Assembly (NCBI GenBank): GCA_945872365.1
Contig: CAMBZJ010000003.1
Span: forward strand, 7,301-71,300
Reading direction: 5' to 3'
DNA length: 64,000 nt
Source: Klebsiella pneumoniae
Lineage (GTDB): Bacteria; Desulfobacterota; Binatia; UBA12015
The notes under the pieces are model-generated. The model was not told the DNA's origin. It ran no database searches and was given only the letters and a program-made list of their open reading frames with translations. How positions within the stretch are numbered: the first letter of the stretch is position 1; every line of letters begins with the position of its first letter. A program made the position numbers and the translations under genes. Positions 1 through 13,976 of this stretch are shown one piece after another.

Positions 1-1010
1 GCACCATGCCGATCGACTCGAAGCGCGCGCGCTGGGCGACGCGGACCGACCCCAAGTGGTGGCTCTTCCACGTCGAGCCGGAGAAGCTTCCCGAGTTGGT
101 CGCGCCCGGCGAGACGATCGGGCGCATCACCGCGCAAGCCGCCGCCGAGACCGGAATCCCCGCCGGCCTGCCGCTGGTCGCCGCCTCGAACGACAAGGCC
201 TGCGAAATCCTCGGCGCCGGCTGCCTCGTGCCGGAGACGGCCTGCATCAGCTTCGGGACGACCGCGACGATCAACACCCACAATCACCGCTACGTCGAGG
301 TGCAGCGGCTCATGCCGCCCTACCCCTCGGCCGTCCCCGGGCACTTCTACTCGGAGATCGGCATCCTGCGCGGGCTCTGGATGGTCTCCTGGTTCAAGGA
401 GGAGTTCGGGCACCCCGAGCGGCTGCGTGCGGCCGAGGAGAACGTGGCGCCGGAGACGCTCTTCGACGATCTCCTGCGCCGCGTGCCACCGGGTGCGATG
501 GGACTCGTGCTGCAGCCCTACTGGACGCCCGGGCCCGACCTCGCGTCCTACGCCAAGGGTTCGATCATCGGCTTCGGCGACATCCACACCCGGGCGCACC
601 TCTACCGCGCGATCATCGAGGGGCTCGTGTTCGCCCTGAAGGAAGGTGCGGAACTCACCGAGAAGCGGAACCGGGTGCCGATCCAACGCATCCGGGTCGC
701 CGGCGGCGGCTCGCAGAGCGACGGCATCGTGCAGATCACGGCCGACGTCTTCGGACTCCCCGTCGAGCGACCCCACACCCACGAGACCTCGGTCGTCGGT
801 GCGGCGATCGACGCGGCGGTGGGACTCGGACTGCATCCCGACTTCGAGCGGGCCGTCGCCGAGATGACCCGCGTGAGCCGGGTCTTCGAACCGGATGCGG
901 CCCATGCGGCGATCTACCGCGATCTCTACGGGCGCGTGTATCGCAAGATGTACGACCGCCTGCTGCCCCTGTTCCGCGAGATCCGGGAGATCACCGGCTA
1001 TCCCGAGTGA
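1..1010 (+). CDS. FGGY-family carbohydrate kinase (5'-truncated by window edge)
   Basis: Motifs ISFGTTAT, YRAIIEG and VAGGGSQSD...QITADVFG of the FGGY C-terminal domain; the N-terminal domain is missing, so the gene starts upstream. Confidence 0.88.
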   Translation, partial: TMPIDSKRARWATRTDPKWWLFHVEPEKLPELVAPGETIGRITAQAAAETGIPAGLPLVAASNDKACEILGAGCLVPETACISFGTTATINTHNHRYVEVQRLMPPYPSAVPGHFYSEIGILRGLWMVSWFKEEFGHPERLRAAEENVAPETLFDDLLRRVPPGAMGLVLQPYWTPGPDLASYAKGSIIGFGDIHTRAHLYRAIIEGLVFALKEGAELTEKRNRVPIQRIRVAGGGSQSDGIVQITADVFGLPVERPHTHETSVVGAAIDAAVGLGLHPDFERAVAEMTRVSRVFEPDAAHAAIYRDLYGRVYRKMYDRLLPLFREIREITGYPE

Positions 1011-1065
1011 ATCCGTGGCGGTGCGCGGGCCGATGGCCGTCGCGAGCCCGGACGAGGAGGACGAC

Positions 1066-1860
1066 ATGAAGCGACCCTGGGCCCTGGTGACCGGTGCCTC
1101 CGACGGTATCGGCATCGAGTTCTGCAAGGACCTCGCCGCGCGCGGCCACGACCTGGTGCTGGTGGCGCGGCGCGAACCGCAGCTGAGGGAGACGGCCGCC
1201 CTGGTCGAGAAAGCCCACGGCGGCGCCACCCGGACGATCCCCTGCGACCTTTCGCTTCCGCGCGCGGCGGAAGGCCTCCACCGCAGCGTCGTCGAGGCCG
1301 GGATCGAGGTCGACTTCCTCGTGAACAACGCGGGCCTGCTGTGCAACGGCTACTTCGACGAGATCGACCTCGGCAGGCAGGAGGCGATGCTCGCCGTGAA
1401 CGTGGTGGCGCTCACCTCGCTCACCCATCTCTTCCTGCGCGACATGCTCGCGCGCGGACGGGGACACATCCTGAACGTCGCCTCGGCCGCGGCCTGGCTC
1501 GGGCTTCCCCAGCAGAACGTCTACGCAGCCTCGAAGGCCTACGTCGCGTCGTTCACGCTGGCGCTCGACGACGAGGTGCGCGCGAAGCGCCGCGGCGTCG
1601 GCGTGACCGTGCTCTGCCCGAGCTACACGCGCACGAAGATGCTCGACAACCCCGAGCAGGGCAGGAAGCTGCGGGTCCCCGAGGCGATGATCCTCGACCC
1701 CGGGGTCGTCGCCCGCGAGGGCATCGAGGGCTGCCTGCGCGGCAAGGCGATCGTCATGCCGGGGCTCTCCAACCGGGTCGGGATGTCGCTGCTGCAGGCC
1801 CTGCCGCGCACCCTCGTCACCCGGCTCGCGGGCACGCTCTACCGCCGGGGCCAGGCGTGA
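1066..1860 (+). CDS. Short-chain dehydrogenase/reductase (classical SDR)
   Basis: TGASDGIG, VNNAG and YAASK motifs; GAGGAGG RBS before ATG 1066. Confidence 0.92.
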   Translation: MKRPWALVTGASDGIGIEFCKDLAARGHDLVLVARREPQLRETAALVEKAHGGATRTIPCDLSLPRAAEGLHRSVVEAGIEVDFLVNNAGLLCNGYFDEIDLGRQEAMLAVNVVALTSLTHLFLRDMLARGRGHILNVASAAAWLGLPQQNVYAASKAYVASFTLALDDEVRAKRRGVGVTVLCPSYTRTKMLDNPEQGRKLRVPEAMILDPGVVAREGIEGCLRGKAIVMPGLSNRVGMSLLQALPRTLVTRLAGTLYRRGQA

Positions 1861-2828
1861 GCCCCGGCGGCGGACCGGTCCTGATCACCGGCGCCGGCGG
1901 CTTCATCGGCGGGGCGCTCGCGCGCCACCTCGCCGGGCGCGGCGTCGAGGTCCTCGGCGTCGACCTGCGCGGCGACGGCGAGCGAGTGCGTGCCGCCGAC
2001 GTCGGCCGGCCCGCGGAGTTCGCTGACCTGCTCGGTCGCGCGCACACCGTCGTCCACGCCGCGGCCCTGGTGACCAACGCGCTCGACGACGACGAGATGT
2101 GGCGGGCGAACGTGCTCGCGACGCGCAACCTGGCCGCAGCGGCCGCCCGCCACGGCGTGCGCCGCTTCGTCCACGTCTCCTCGATCGTCGTCTACGGCAA
2201 TGTCGCCCGGGGCGAACTCGACGAGGAATACCCGGTGCATGCCCACGGCGGCAGCTACGTGCTCACCAAGCTCGCCGCCGAGCACGCGGTGCTCGCCGCG
2301 CATGCAGCCCACGGCCTGGAGTTCGCGATCGTGCGCCCCGGTGACGTCTACGGTCCGGGCAGCCGGCCCTGGGTGGTCGAGCCGATCGGACTCGTGAAGA
2401 ACCGCCAGTTCCTGCTGCCGGCCAACGGCGAGGGCTGCTTCCGCCCGATCTACGTCGACGATCTCGTGCGCGGCATCGCGGCCGCGGTGCTCTCGCCCGC
2501 GGCAGCCAACGGGATCTTCAACCTCTCCTGCGAGGGCTTCGTCACGACGCGCGAGTTCTTCGCCCACCACCACCGCTGGCTCGGTCGCTCGGGGCCGCTC
2601 TGCCTGCCGACGGCGGTCGCCTGGTCGCTCGCCGAGTCGACGTTCCGGGCGAAGCGCCTCGTCGGTCGCCGCAGCGAGGGCTCGGGCGCCTCGATCCTGC
2701 AGCTCACGAGCCGCGCCTGGTTCTCGATCCGCAAGGCGGGCGAACTCCTCGACTGGCGGCCGGAGATCGGCCTCGAGGACGGAATGCGCCGCTCCGAGAG
2801 CTGGGCGAGGGAGCAGGGACTGCTCTAG
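1857..2828 (+). CDS. NAD-dependent epimerase/dehydratase (extended SDR, 3-beta-HSD-like)
   Basis: TGAGGFIG, HAAA, YVLTK and RPGDVYGPG motifs; GTGA overlap with the upstream stop. Confidence 0.9.
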   Translation: MSPGGGPVLITGAGGFIGGALARHLAGRGVEVLGVDLRGDGERVRAADVGRPAEFADLLGRAHTVVHAAALVTNALDDDEMWRANVLATRNLAAAAARHGVRRFVHVSSIVVYGNVARGELDEEYPVHAHGGSYVLTKLAAEHAVLAAHAAHGLEFAIVRPGDVYGPGSRPWVVEPIGLVKNRQFLLPANGEGCFRPIYVDDLVRGIAAAVLSPAAANGIFNLSCEGFVTTREFFAHHHRWLGRSGPLCLPTAVAWSLAESTFRAKRLVGRRSEGSGASILQLTSRAWFSIRKAGELLDWRPEIGLEDGMRRSESWAREQGLL

Positions 2829-2941
2829 CGGGCCGCCTGCCGGCGCGTGCGGGAAGGCCCCGCGCGAAACGTGTCTGCCCCCGACCCCGACGGCAGCGAG
2901 GGAGGCCCGCCGCCCGGCCCGCGCTCCCCGCGGGAAAAGCC

Positions 2942-2981
2942 TTGACGCCGCCCGGCGGCACATGACAGCAAGACTGTCATG
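2942..2981 (+). promoter_or_regulatory. Putative -35 box (TTGACG) plus palindromic operator CATGACAG-N5-CTGTCATG overlapping the ATG
   Basis: Perfect 8-bp inverted repeat at 2961-2968 and 2974-2981; TTGACG at 2942-2947. Confidence 0.55.
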
Positions 2982-3938
2982 ACAAAGACGAGAAGATCGC
3001 CCCGACGGCTCCCGCGATTCGTCGCGTTCTTCCTCCTCCTCCTCGGGTGCGGCGACGCCACGTCCGCGCTCGACACGCGCATCCAGAACCTCATGGGACG
3101 CGCCCCGTTCGGAGCGCTCAACTGGACCGAGGCGCGCCGCATCTTCACCACCTCGCCCGAAGAGGACAAGCCGTTCTTCATGGTGAACCTGATTCGCCAC
3201 CGCGAGCACGCGACCTACCGCGACGGTCGACCGACCGACCTGACCGGCGCGGAGGCCGATGCGCTCTACGGCTCGCTCGTACTCCCGATCCTCGCTGACA
3301 TCGGCGCCATGCCGGTCTTCGCCACCAGCGTGGACCGCGGTCTCATCGACGCCGACAGCGCCCGCTGGGACCAGGTGGCGGTCGTCCGCTACCCGAGCCG
3401 GGCCGCCTTCGTCGCCATGCTCGAGCGACCCGACTTCCGCGAGGCCGCCGTCCACAAGGTCGCCGGGATCGAGCGGTCGATCGTGCTGGTGACGGAGGTA
3501 GAGGAGATCCCGCTGCCCGACGGCTTCCGGAAGGTCGACCTCACGAAGGTCCCGTATCCTCCGGGCCTGGGCGACCCCACGGTCGCCGTGGTGAACGTCC
3601 TCGACTACCGCGACCACGCCGTCTACGCAGACGGACGCGAGACCGACCTGACGGGCCGCGAGGCGATGGGTCTCTACGAATCGGCCCGCGCGTCGCAGGC
3701 CCTCCCGCTCGGCGTGCGGCCAGGCCTCTGGCTCACGGTCGAGGCCGAGCTCTTCGGCGACGGGCAGGCTTGGGAAGAGGTGCGGATCAACAACTTCCCG
3801 AGCCGCACGACGCTCGAGAAGCTGATCACCAAGGAGGCGCTCGACGAGGTGGGCTACGACAATCGCGACGCCGGCATCGAGCGCACCTACGCCCTGACGG
3901 GCACGCCGCAGATCAACGCCTTCGGTTTCTCCCGGTGA
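2979..3938 (+). CDS. Putative lipoprotein with two tandem DUF1330-like domains
   Basis: Lipobox-like FFLLLLGC; internal repeats MVNL...YRDGRPTDLTGAEA...WDQVAVVRYPSR and VVNV...YADGRETDLTGREA...WEEVRINNFPSR. Confidence 0.7.
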   Translation: MTKTRRSPRRLPRFVAFFLLLLGCGDATSALDTRIQNLMGRAPFGALNWTEARRIFTTSPEEDKPFFMVNLIRHREHATYRDGRPTDLTGAEADALYGSLVLPILADIGAMPVFATSVDRGLIDADSARWDQVAVVRYPSRAAFVAMLERPDFREAAVHKVAGIERSIVLVTEVEEIPLPDGFRKVDLTKVPYPPGLGDPTVAVVNVLDYRDHAVYADGRETDLTGREAMGLYESARASQALPLGVRPGLWLTVEAELFGDGQAWEEVRINNFPSRTTLEKLITKEALDEVGYDNRDAGIERTYALTGTPQINAFGFSR

Positions 3939-3981
3939 CCGGAAAACCGCGTCGTCGGCGCGGAGCGACGGGCTGCCCGGC

Positions 3982-5133
3982 ATGAGGACGAGGGCAGTCG
4001 GCATGAGCCCGGAGGCCGCGCGGCGGCTCGGTCTCTGGCGCCTGGTCGGTTCGGAGATGTCGATGTTCACCGCAAAGGTGCGCCCGGCGTTCTCGCGCAA
4101 GGGCCTGCACTGGGTGGAACAGCTCGCGACCGACCCGCTCTGGCAGGAAGCGGAGGAGCGCACCGGAAACCGCATGATCCCGGTGGTCTTCACGCCCGAG
4201 GGCGAATGCATCCAGGACTCGAGCGTGATTCTCGATCTGCTCGAGGAGCGCCACCCCGAGATCCCGATCGAGTCGCCCGACCCGGTCGTCAAACTGCTCG
4301 GGCGCCTCTTCGAGATCTACCACGACGAGTTCATGCCCATGCTCGCGATCTACTACCGGTGGATCGAGCCGCGGGCGATCGAGGAGGGCAAGGCACGCGC
4401 GATCGCCATGACCGGGCTGCCCGACATGGGCGAGCGCGGGCTCGCGACGGTCGGCGGCTATGCGCCCCTGTTCGGCATCGAGGCGGCGACGATCCCCGCA
4501 ATCGAGGCCCACTACCGCGATCTGCTCGACGCTCTCGAGGCGCATCTCGCGACGACCCCGTATGTACTCGGCGACGTGCCCTCGCTCGCCGACTTCTCGC
4601 TCTGCGGCGCCGGCCATGCGCACCTCTACCTCGACGAAGTACCGCACCGGATCATGTGGCAGCGTGCACCGTGCGTCACCCACTGGATGATGCGGGTGGT
4701 GAACGCAGACCCCTTCGCGAGCGGCGAGTGGCTCGACCCCACCTCCCCGCCCCCGGGCTTCGTCGACCTCCTGCGCACGGTCGGCCGCGCCGCCGGCGAG
4801 TACCTGGCCGACGTCGCACGCGCACTGGCGGAGCCGATGGCGGGTGTCGCGGTCGGCCGCGGGATGCCGCGCGCCCTCGGCGTGCACCGCACGCGGGTCT
4901 GTGGCGTGGCGACGAACCGGGTGACCACGCCCTACACCCTGTTCATGATCCAGCGCGTGCAGGACGTGCACCGATCCCTGGCCCCCGACGATCGCCGCCG
5001 GGCGGCGGCGCTGCTCGACGGGACCGGATGGGAGGCGCTGCTCGAGGTGCCGACACCGGGCCGCGTGGCCCTGGTGAAGCACAAGCTGGTCCGGGTCGAA
5101 TCGTCGCCCGGTGCGACCGGCGCGACCGCCTGA
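3982..5133 (+). CDS. Glutathione S-transferase family protein
   Basis: [13 protein letters not shown]...IQDSSVI and [15 protein letters not shown] motifs; alternative start at 4003. Confidence 0.8.
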   Translation: MRTRAVGMSPEAARRLGLWRLVGSEMSMFTAKVRPAFSRKGLHWVEQLATDPLWQEAEERTGNRMIPVVFTPEGECIQDSSVILDLLEERHPEIPIESPDPVVKLLGRLFEIYHDEFMPMLAIYYRWIEPRAIEEGKARAIAMTGLPDMGERGLATVGGYAPLFGIEAATIPAIEAHYRDLLDALEAHLATTPYVLGDVPSLADFSLCGAGHAHLYLDEVPHRIMWQRAPCVTHWMMRVVNADPFASGEWLDPTSPPPGFVDLLRTVGRAAGEYLADVARALAEPMAGVAVGRGMPRALGVHRTRVCGVATNRVTTPYTLFMIQRVQDVHRSLAPDDRRRAAALLDGTGWEALLEVPTPGRVALVKHKLVRVESSPGATGATA

Positions 5134-5185
5134 GATCTGCCGCTCCCCTCGCACACCGGCCCGGCGTTCCGTTATCCTCGCGGGC

Positions 5186-6856
<1,671 letters not shown>

Positions 6857-6942
6857 CGGATGGCGAGCCGAGCCGGTCGGCCGCGCCGTCGGCGCGGGGA
6901 CCGGGTGGCACCTGCCGCCCGCGCTGAGGTATAAGGGCGCCG

Positions 6943-8898
<1,956 letters not shown>

Positions 8899-8968
8899 GT
8901 CCGGGTCGATCCGCTCCTCCTCCCGATCGACGCTCGGCCCGCGGATCGCCTGGCGAAGCGCCGCCCGG

Positions 8969-10279
<1,311 letters not shown>

Positions 10280-10425
10280 CCGGGCGGTCGGGAACGCCCT
10301 CGGGGACCGTGCATTTTTGTCGGCCGGAGGGTTTGTCCCCCGGCGACTTCGCTGATAGGGCTCGCCGAAGTCGAGCGGGCCGATCCCTCACACCGGAGCC
10401 CGCAGTAGAGCAACAGGAGCTTCGT

Positions 10426-10629
10426 ATGCCGACTGGACGGGTCAAGTGGTTCAACAATTCCAAGGGTTATGGCTTCATCGTGCAGGAGGATGGACCCGAA
10501 CTCTTCGTGCACTACTCCGCGGTCCAGGGCGACGGCTACAAGACCCTCGTCGAAGGTCAGGCCGTGCAGTTCGAGGTCACGGAGAGCGATAAGGGGCCGC
10601 AGGCGGCCAACGTCGTCAAAGTCGACTGA
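10426..10629 (+). CDS. Cold-shock protein (CspA family)
   Basis: [15 protein letters not shown] and LFVHYSA RNP motifs; AGGAG RBS. Confidence 0.96.
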   Translation: MPTGRVKWFNNSKGYGFIVQEDGPELFVHYSAVQGDGYKTLVEGQAVQFEVTESDKGPQAANVVKVD

Positions 10630-10645
10630 TCATCGCCTCGGCCGA

Positions 10646-10666
10646 CGCGCCGCGCGTGGCGGCGCG
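10646..10666 (+). terminator. GC-rich hairpin after the csp gene (no U-tract)
   Basis: CGCGCCGC / GCGGCGCG perfect 8-bp stem. Confidence 0.35.
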
Positions 10667-10807
10667 AACCGCCCCGGAAAGCGCCAGGTCTTGCGAATCG
10701 ACGTCGCAGGGTGAGTCCTTGCCCCGGGGACCGCGGCGCGCCAGTCTCGAAAGGTGATGCCCATGCGCCGCGTTGAAGCGGCACTGTGGCACCGGGAGAC
10801 GACGTCC

Positions 10808-11989
10808 ATGGCCGTGAAGTCCGTCGAGAACTTCCGCTCCGAGATCCGCGACTGGCTCGGTACCCACCTCTCGCCCGAACTCGCCCCCGAGCACCTCTCG
10901 ACGCTCGACGACGCGCGTCGCGTCGAACTGCTACGCCGCTGGCAGGCCGAGATGGCGGCGGATCGTTGGGTCGGAATCACTTGGCCGGAAGCCTGGGGCG
11001 GCCGTGCCGCGACGATCCCCCAGCAGATCGCCTACCTCGAGGAAATGAGCGACGCCGGCGCCCCGACGGCGATCGGCAGCCTCGGCATCGGCATCGCCGG
11101 GCCGCCGCTCATCGCCTACGGCAACGAGGAGCAGAAGCAGCGCTTCGCCCGCCGCATCCTCACCGCCGAGGATCTCTGGTGCTTCGGATTCTCCGAACCG
11201 GGGGCCGGCTCGGACCTCGCCTCGCTGCGCACGAGTGCCGTGCTCGACGGCGACAGCTTCGTCGTCAACGGGCAGAAGGTCTGGACAACGCTCGCCCACC
11301 ATGCCGACTGGTGCATGCTCCTTTGTCGCACCGATCCGACGCGACCGCGCGCCAAGGGCATCTCCTGCCTGCTCGTCGACATGCGCAGCCCAGGGGTTAC
11401 GGTGCGGCCGCTGCGCCAGATGACCGGCGACTCGGACTTCAACGAGATGTTCTTCGAGAACGTCCGGGTACCGCGCGAGAACCTGCTCGGCGAGATCAAC
11501 GGCGGCTGGGAGATCGCGACCTCGGCCCTGCAGAACGAGCGCGGCATCCTCTACGTGGTCGAAATGCAGATCCAGCTGAAGCAGGCGCGCGACCGTCTGA
11601 TCGCGCTTGCCCGGGAGCGCGGGGCTGCGTCCGACCCGCTGCGTCGACAGGAGGCGGCGCGCCTGTGGATGCATGCCGAGGTCTTCGGCCTGACCTGCCA
11701 GCGGACCCTCGACAAGCTGCTGCGGATGGGCATGCCCGGACCGGAGGCCTCGATCATCAAGATGCACTGGACCGAGATCACCCAGGCGATGCCCGAATTC
11801 GGGATGGGGCTGCTCGGCTGCGATGGCCTGCTCTACGAGACGCCGAGTCCGCCGTCCGGCCGCGCGGCGATCGAGCACGCGATGCAGCGCGCCTACCTGC
11901 AGTGCCGCGCCGCGAGCATCGCCTCGGGCACGAGCGAGATCATGAAGGGAATCATCGCGATGCAGGTACTGGGCCTGCCCCGCGGCTGA
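10808..11989 (+). CDS. Acyl-CoA dehydrogenase family protein
   Basis: WCFGFSEPGAGSDLASLRT, VNGQKVWT, FNEMFF and SIASGTSEI motifs. Confidence 0.93.
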   Translation: MAVKSVENFRSEIRDWLGTHLSPELAPEHLSTLDDARRVELLRRWQAEMAADRWVGITWPEAWGGRAATIPQQIAYLEEMSDAGAPTAIGSLGIGIAGPPLIAYGNEEQKQRFARRILTAEDLWCFGFSEPGAGSDLASLRTSAVLDGDSFVVNGQKVWTTLAHHADWCMLLCRTDPTRPRAKGISCLLVDMRSPGVTVRPLRQMTGDSDFNEMFFENVRVPRENLLGEINGGWEIATSALQNERGILYVVEMQIQLKQARDRLIALARERGAASDPLRRQEAARLWMHAEVFGLTCQRTLDKLLRMGMPGPEASIIKMHWTEITQAMPEFGMGLLGCDGLLYETPSPPSGRAAIEHAMQRAYLQCRAASIASGTSEIMKGIIAMQVLGLPRG

Positions 11990-12005
11990 GCCGACGGAGC
12001 CGGCC

Positions 12006-13034
12006 TTGTCGCCGAGACCCGCGACGCCCCGCTCCGTGCCCGGCGACGCCCCCCGCGGACGTCCGCCGAGGCCGCCGGGGCGCGGACTGGCCCGCCGGCT
12101 GGCGACTCTCCTGGTCGCCGGCAGCCTTCTCTTCGCCGCGGCGTGGGGCTGGCTGTTGCCGGCGCTCCTACGTCCCCGGATCGAGGCGGCGATCGCGGCG
12201 GTGGTCGGCGGTCCGGTCTCGATCGGTTCGCTCTCGGTCGGGCCGCGGGCCGACCTCTTCCTGCGCGATCTGCGCCTGGGCGCCGGCGGCCGCGGTCCCC
12301 GGATCGAGCGTCTCGACATCGACCCGGACCTGCGCCGGGTGCTGCGTGGGGAGATCGTTCTGAACCGCGTCGCGGCCCGCGGCGTCGAGGCCGGCATCGA
12401 GTCCGGCACCTATGGCGATCGGGTGATCGACGGCTTGCCTTCCGGCGACGAGTGGTCGCTGCCCAACGGCTTCGACGTGCGCGAGTTCCTGATACGCGAT
12501 GCGCGGATCGCGCTGCGGACTTCGGTGGGCGACGGGAAGCAGGACGTCGAGATCGATCGGCTCGTCGCCCGACAGGTTCCCACCCCCGCCACCGGGTCAC
12601 GGATCCTCGCGCGGGCGGAGGGCCGCTTCGAGGGTGTGCCGCTCACCGGGGAGGCGGCGATCGAGTCGGCCGGCGGCGAGCGCCGGGTCGCGGTCTCGCT
12701 CGCCGCCGAGCCGATCCGGTTCATCGCGGGCACCCCGGAGATCGAGCCCTCGGACCGGCGACGGCTCGAAGGGATCCGCGCCCTGCTCGCGGCCCGACCG
12801 GACCTCGGGGCGATCGTCCGCCCCCGGGCGAGCGCCTCGGCCCCGGCTGCACACCTTTCCGACGCGGACCCGCTCGCGCGACGGCGGATCGACGCGGTGC
12901 GGGCGGCTCTCGATGTTCCGCGGGTCGCTCGCCCGGATGGGGCCGGGGGTCGGCCGGAGGCCCCGCTGCGACGAAGCGAGGCGGGCGCGGCAAGCGTGCC
13001 CGCCGTCGATGTCGAACTCCGCTCGATCCCCTGA
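12006..13034 (+). CDS. Membrane-anchored hypothetical protein, AsmA/DUF748-like N-terminus with OmpA-like C-terminal remnant
   Basis: N-terminal TM helix then GGPVSIGSLSV...LRDLRL; C-terminal IRF...LLAARPDL...LARRRIDAVRAAL. Confidence 0.5.
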   Translation: MSPRPATPRSVPGDAPRGRPPRPPGRGLARRLATLLVAGSLLFAAAWGWLLPALLRPRIEAAIAAVVGGPVSIGSLSVGPRADLFLRDLRLGAGGRGPRIERLDIDPDLRRVLRGEIVLNRVAARGVEAGIESGTYGDRVIDGLPSGDEWSLPNGFDVREFLIRDARIALRTSVGDGKQDVEIDRLVARQVPTPATGSRILARAEGRFEGVPLTGEAAIESAGGERRVAVSLAAEPIRFIAGTPEIEPSDRRRLEGIRALLAARPDLGAIVRPRASASAPAAHLSDADPLARRRIDAVRAALDVPRVARPDGAGGRPEAPLRRSEAGAASVPAVDVELRSIP

Positions 13035-13069
13035 ACGTGCGGAGGGCGCCGCGACGGCGACACCCGCCG

Positions 13070-13975
13070 TCACCTGCCGCGGAGTTCGAGGGCCCGTCGA
13101 TAGACGTTACGCCGCGCGAGTCCGGTCTCGGCCGCGACGGCGCGGGCGGCATCGGAGACCGATTCCCCGGCTCCGAGGTGCCGCAGCAGTCGTTCGTCGA
13201 GGGTCGGTGCAACCGCATTCGCCGCGTCGACTCGCGCGGCGTCCATCCCGTTCGACGGCTCCCCGTCGTCGGACACACCCGCGACGGCGATCGCGATCTC
13301 GCCCTTCAGCGAAGCCTTCTCCGCGCGCTCGGCGAAGCGCCGCGTGAGTTCGGAAAGGTCGCCACGCACGATCTCCTCAAACTTCTTGGTGAGTTCGCGC
13401 CCCACGACGGCGGCACGCGGGCCCAGGATCGCGGCCAGGTCGGCGAGTGCTGCGACCAGCCGGCGCGGGGACTCGAAGAAGACGAGCGTGTCGGTCCGGC
13501 CGGCGAGTGCCGCGATCTCGCGGCGCCGCGCCGCGCTGCGCGGGGGCAGGAATCCGACGAACGAGAAGCGTACGGTCGGCAGGCCCGAACAGGCGAGCAG
13601 CGCGAGCGGGGCCGACGCACCGGGCAGCGAGACGACGGCAACACCGGCCTCCGACGCCGCGCGCACCAGGCGGAATCCGGGGTCGGCGACCAGGGGCGTC
13701 CCGGCATCGCTCACCAGGGCGATCGACTCTCCGGCCAGCAGACGCCGCACGAGTTCTGGTGCGCGGGAACTCTCTACCGCGTCGTAGTAGGAGACCAGTC
13801 GCTTGTGGAGGCCGAGGTGGTCAAGCAGCAGTCGCGTGCGCCGGGTATCCTCGGCTGCCACCAGGTCGACCTCGCCGAGGACGCGGACCGCCCGAAGCGT
13901 CACGTCCTCCAGGTTGCCGATCGGCGTGGCGACCACATAGAGCGTGCCGGCCCTCGCCTCGCCCGGATCCGCCAC
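13070..13975 (-). CDS. rsmI: 16S rRNA (cytidine1402-2'-O)-methyltransferase
   Basis: LYVVATPIGNLEDVT, AAEDTR, VSDAGTP, FESPRR and RELTKKFEE motifs. Confidence 0.95.
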   Translation of the reverse strand: MADPGEARAGTLYVVATPIGNLEDVTLRAVRVLGEVDLVAAEDTRRTRLLLDHLGLHKRLVSYYDAVESSRAPELVRRLLAGESIALVSDAGTPLVADPGFRLVRAASEAGVAVVSLPGASAPLALLACSGLPTVRFSFVGFLPPRSAARRREIAALAGRTDTLVFFESPRRLVAALADLAAILGPRAAVVGRELTKKFEEIVRGDLSELTRRFAERAEKASLKGEIAIAVAGVSDDGEPSNGMDAARVDAANAVAPTLDERLLRHLGAGESVSDAARAVAAETGLARRNVYRRALELRGR

Positions 13976-13976
13976 C

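Noticed and set aside
6906..6922. TGGCAC upstream of speA as a sigma54 promoter
   Set aside because: No GC at -12 with the required GG-N10-GC spacing. The same holds for the TGGCAC motifs near 26210 and 33870.
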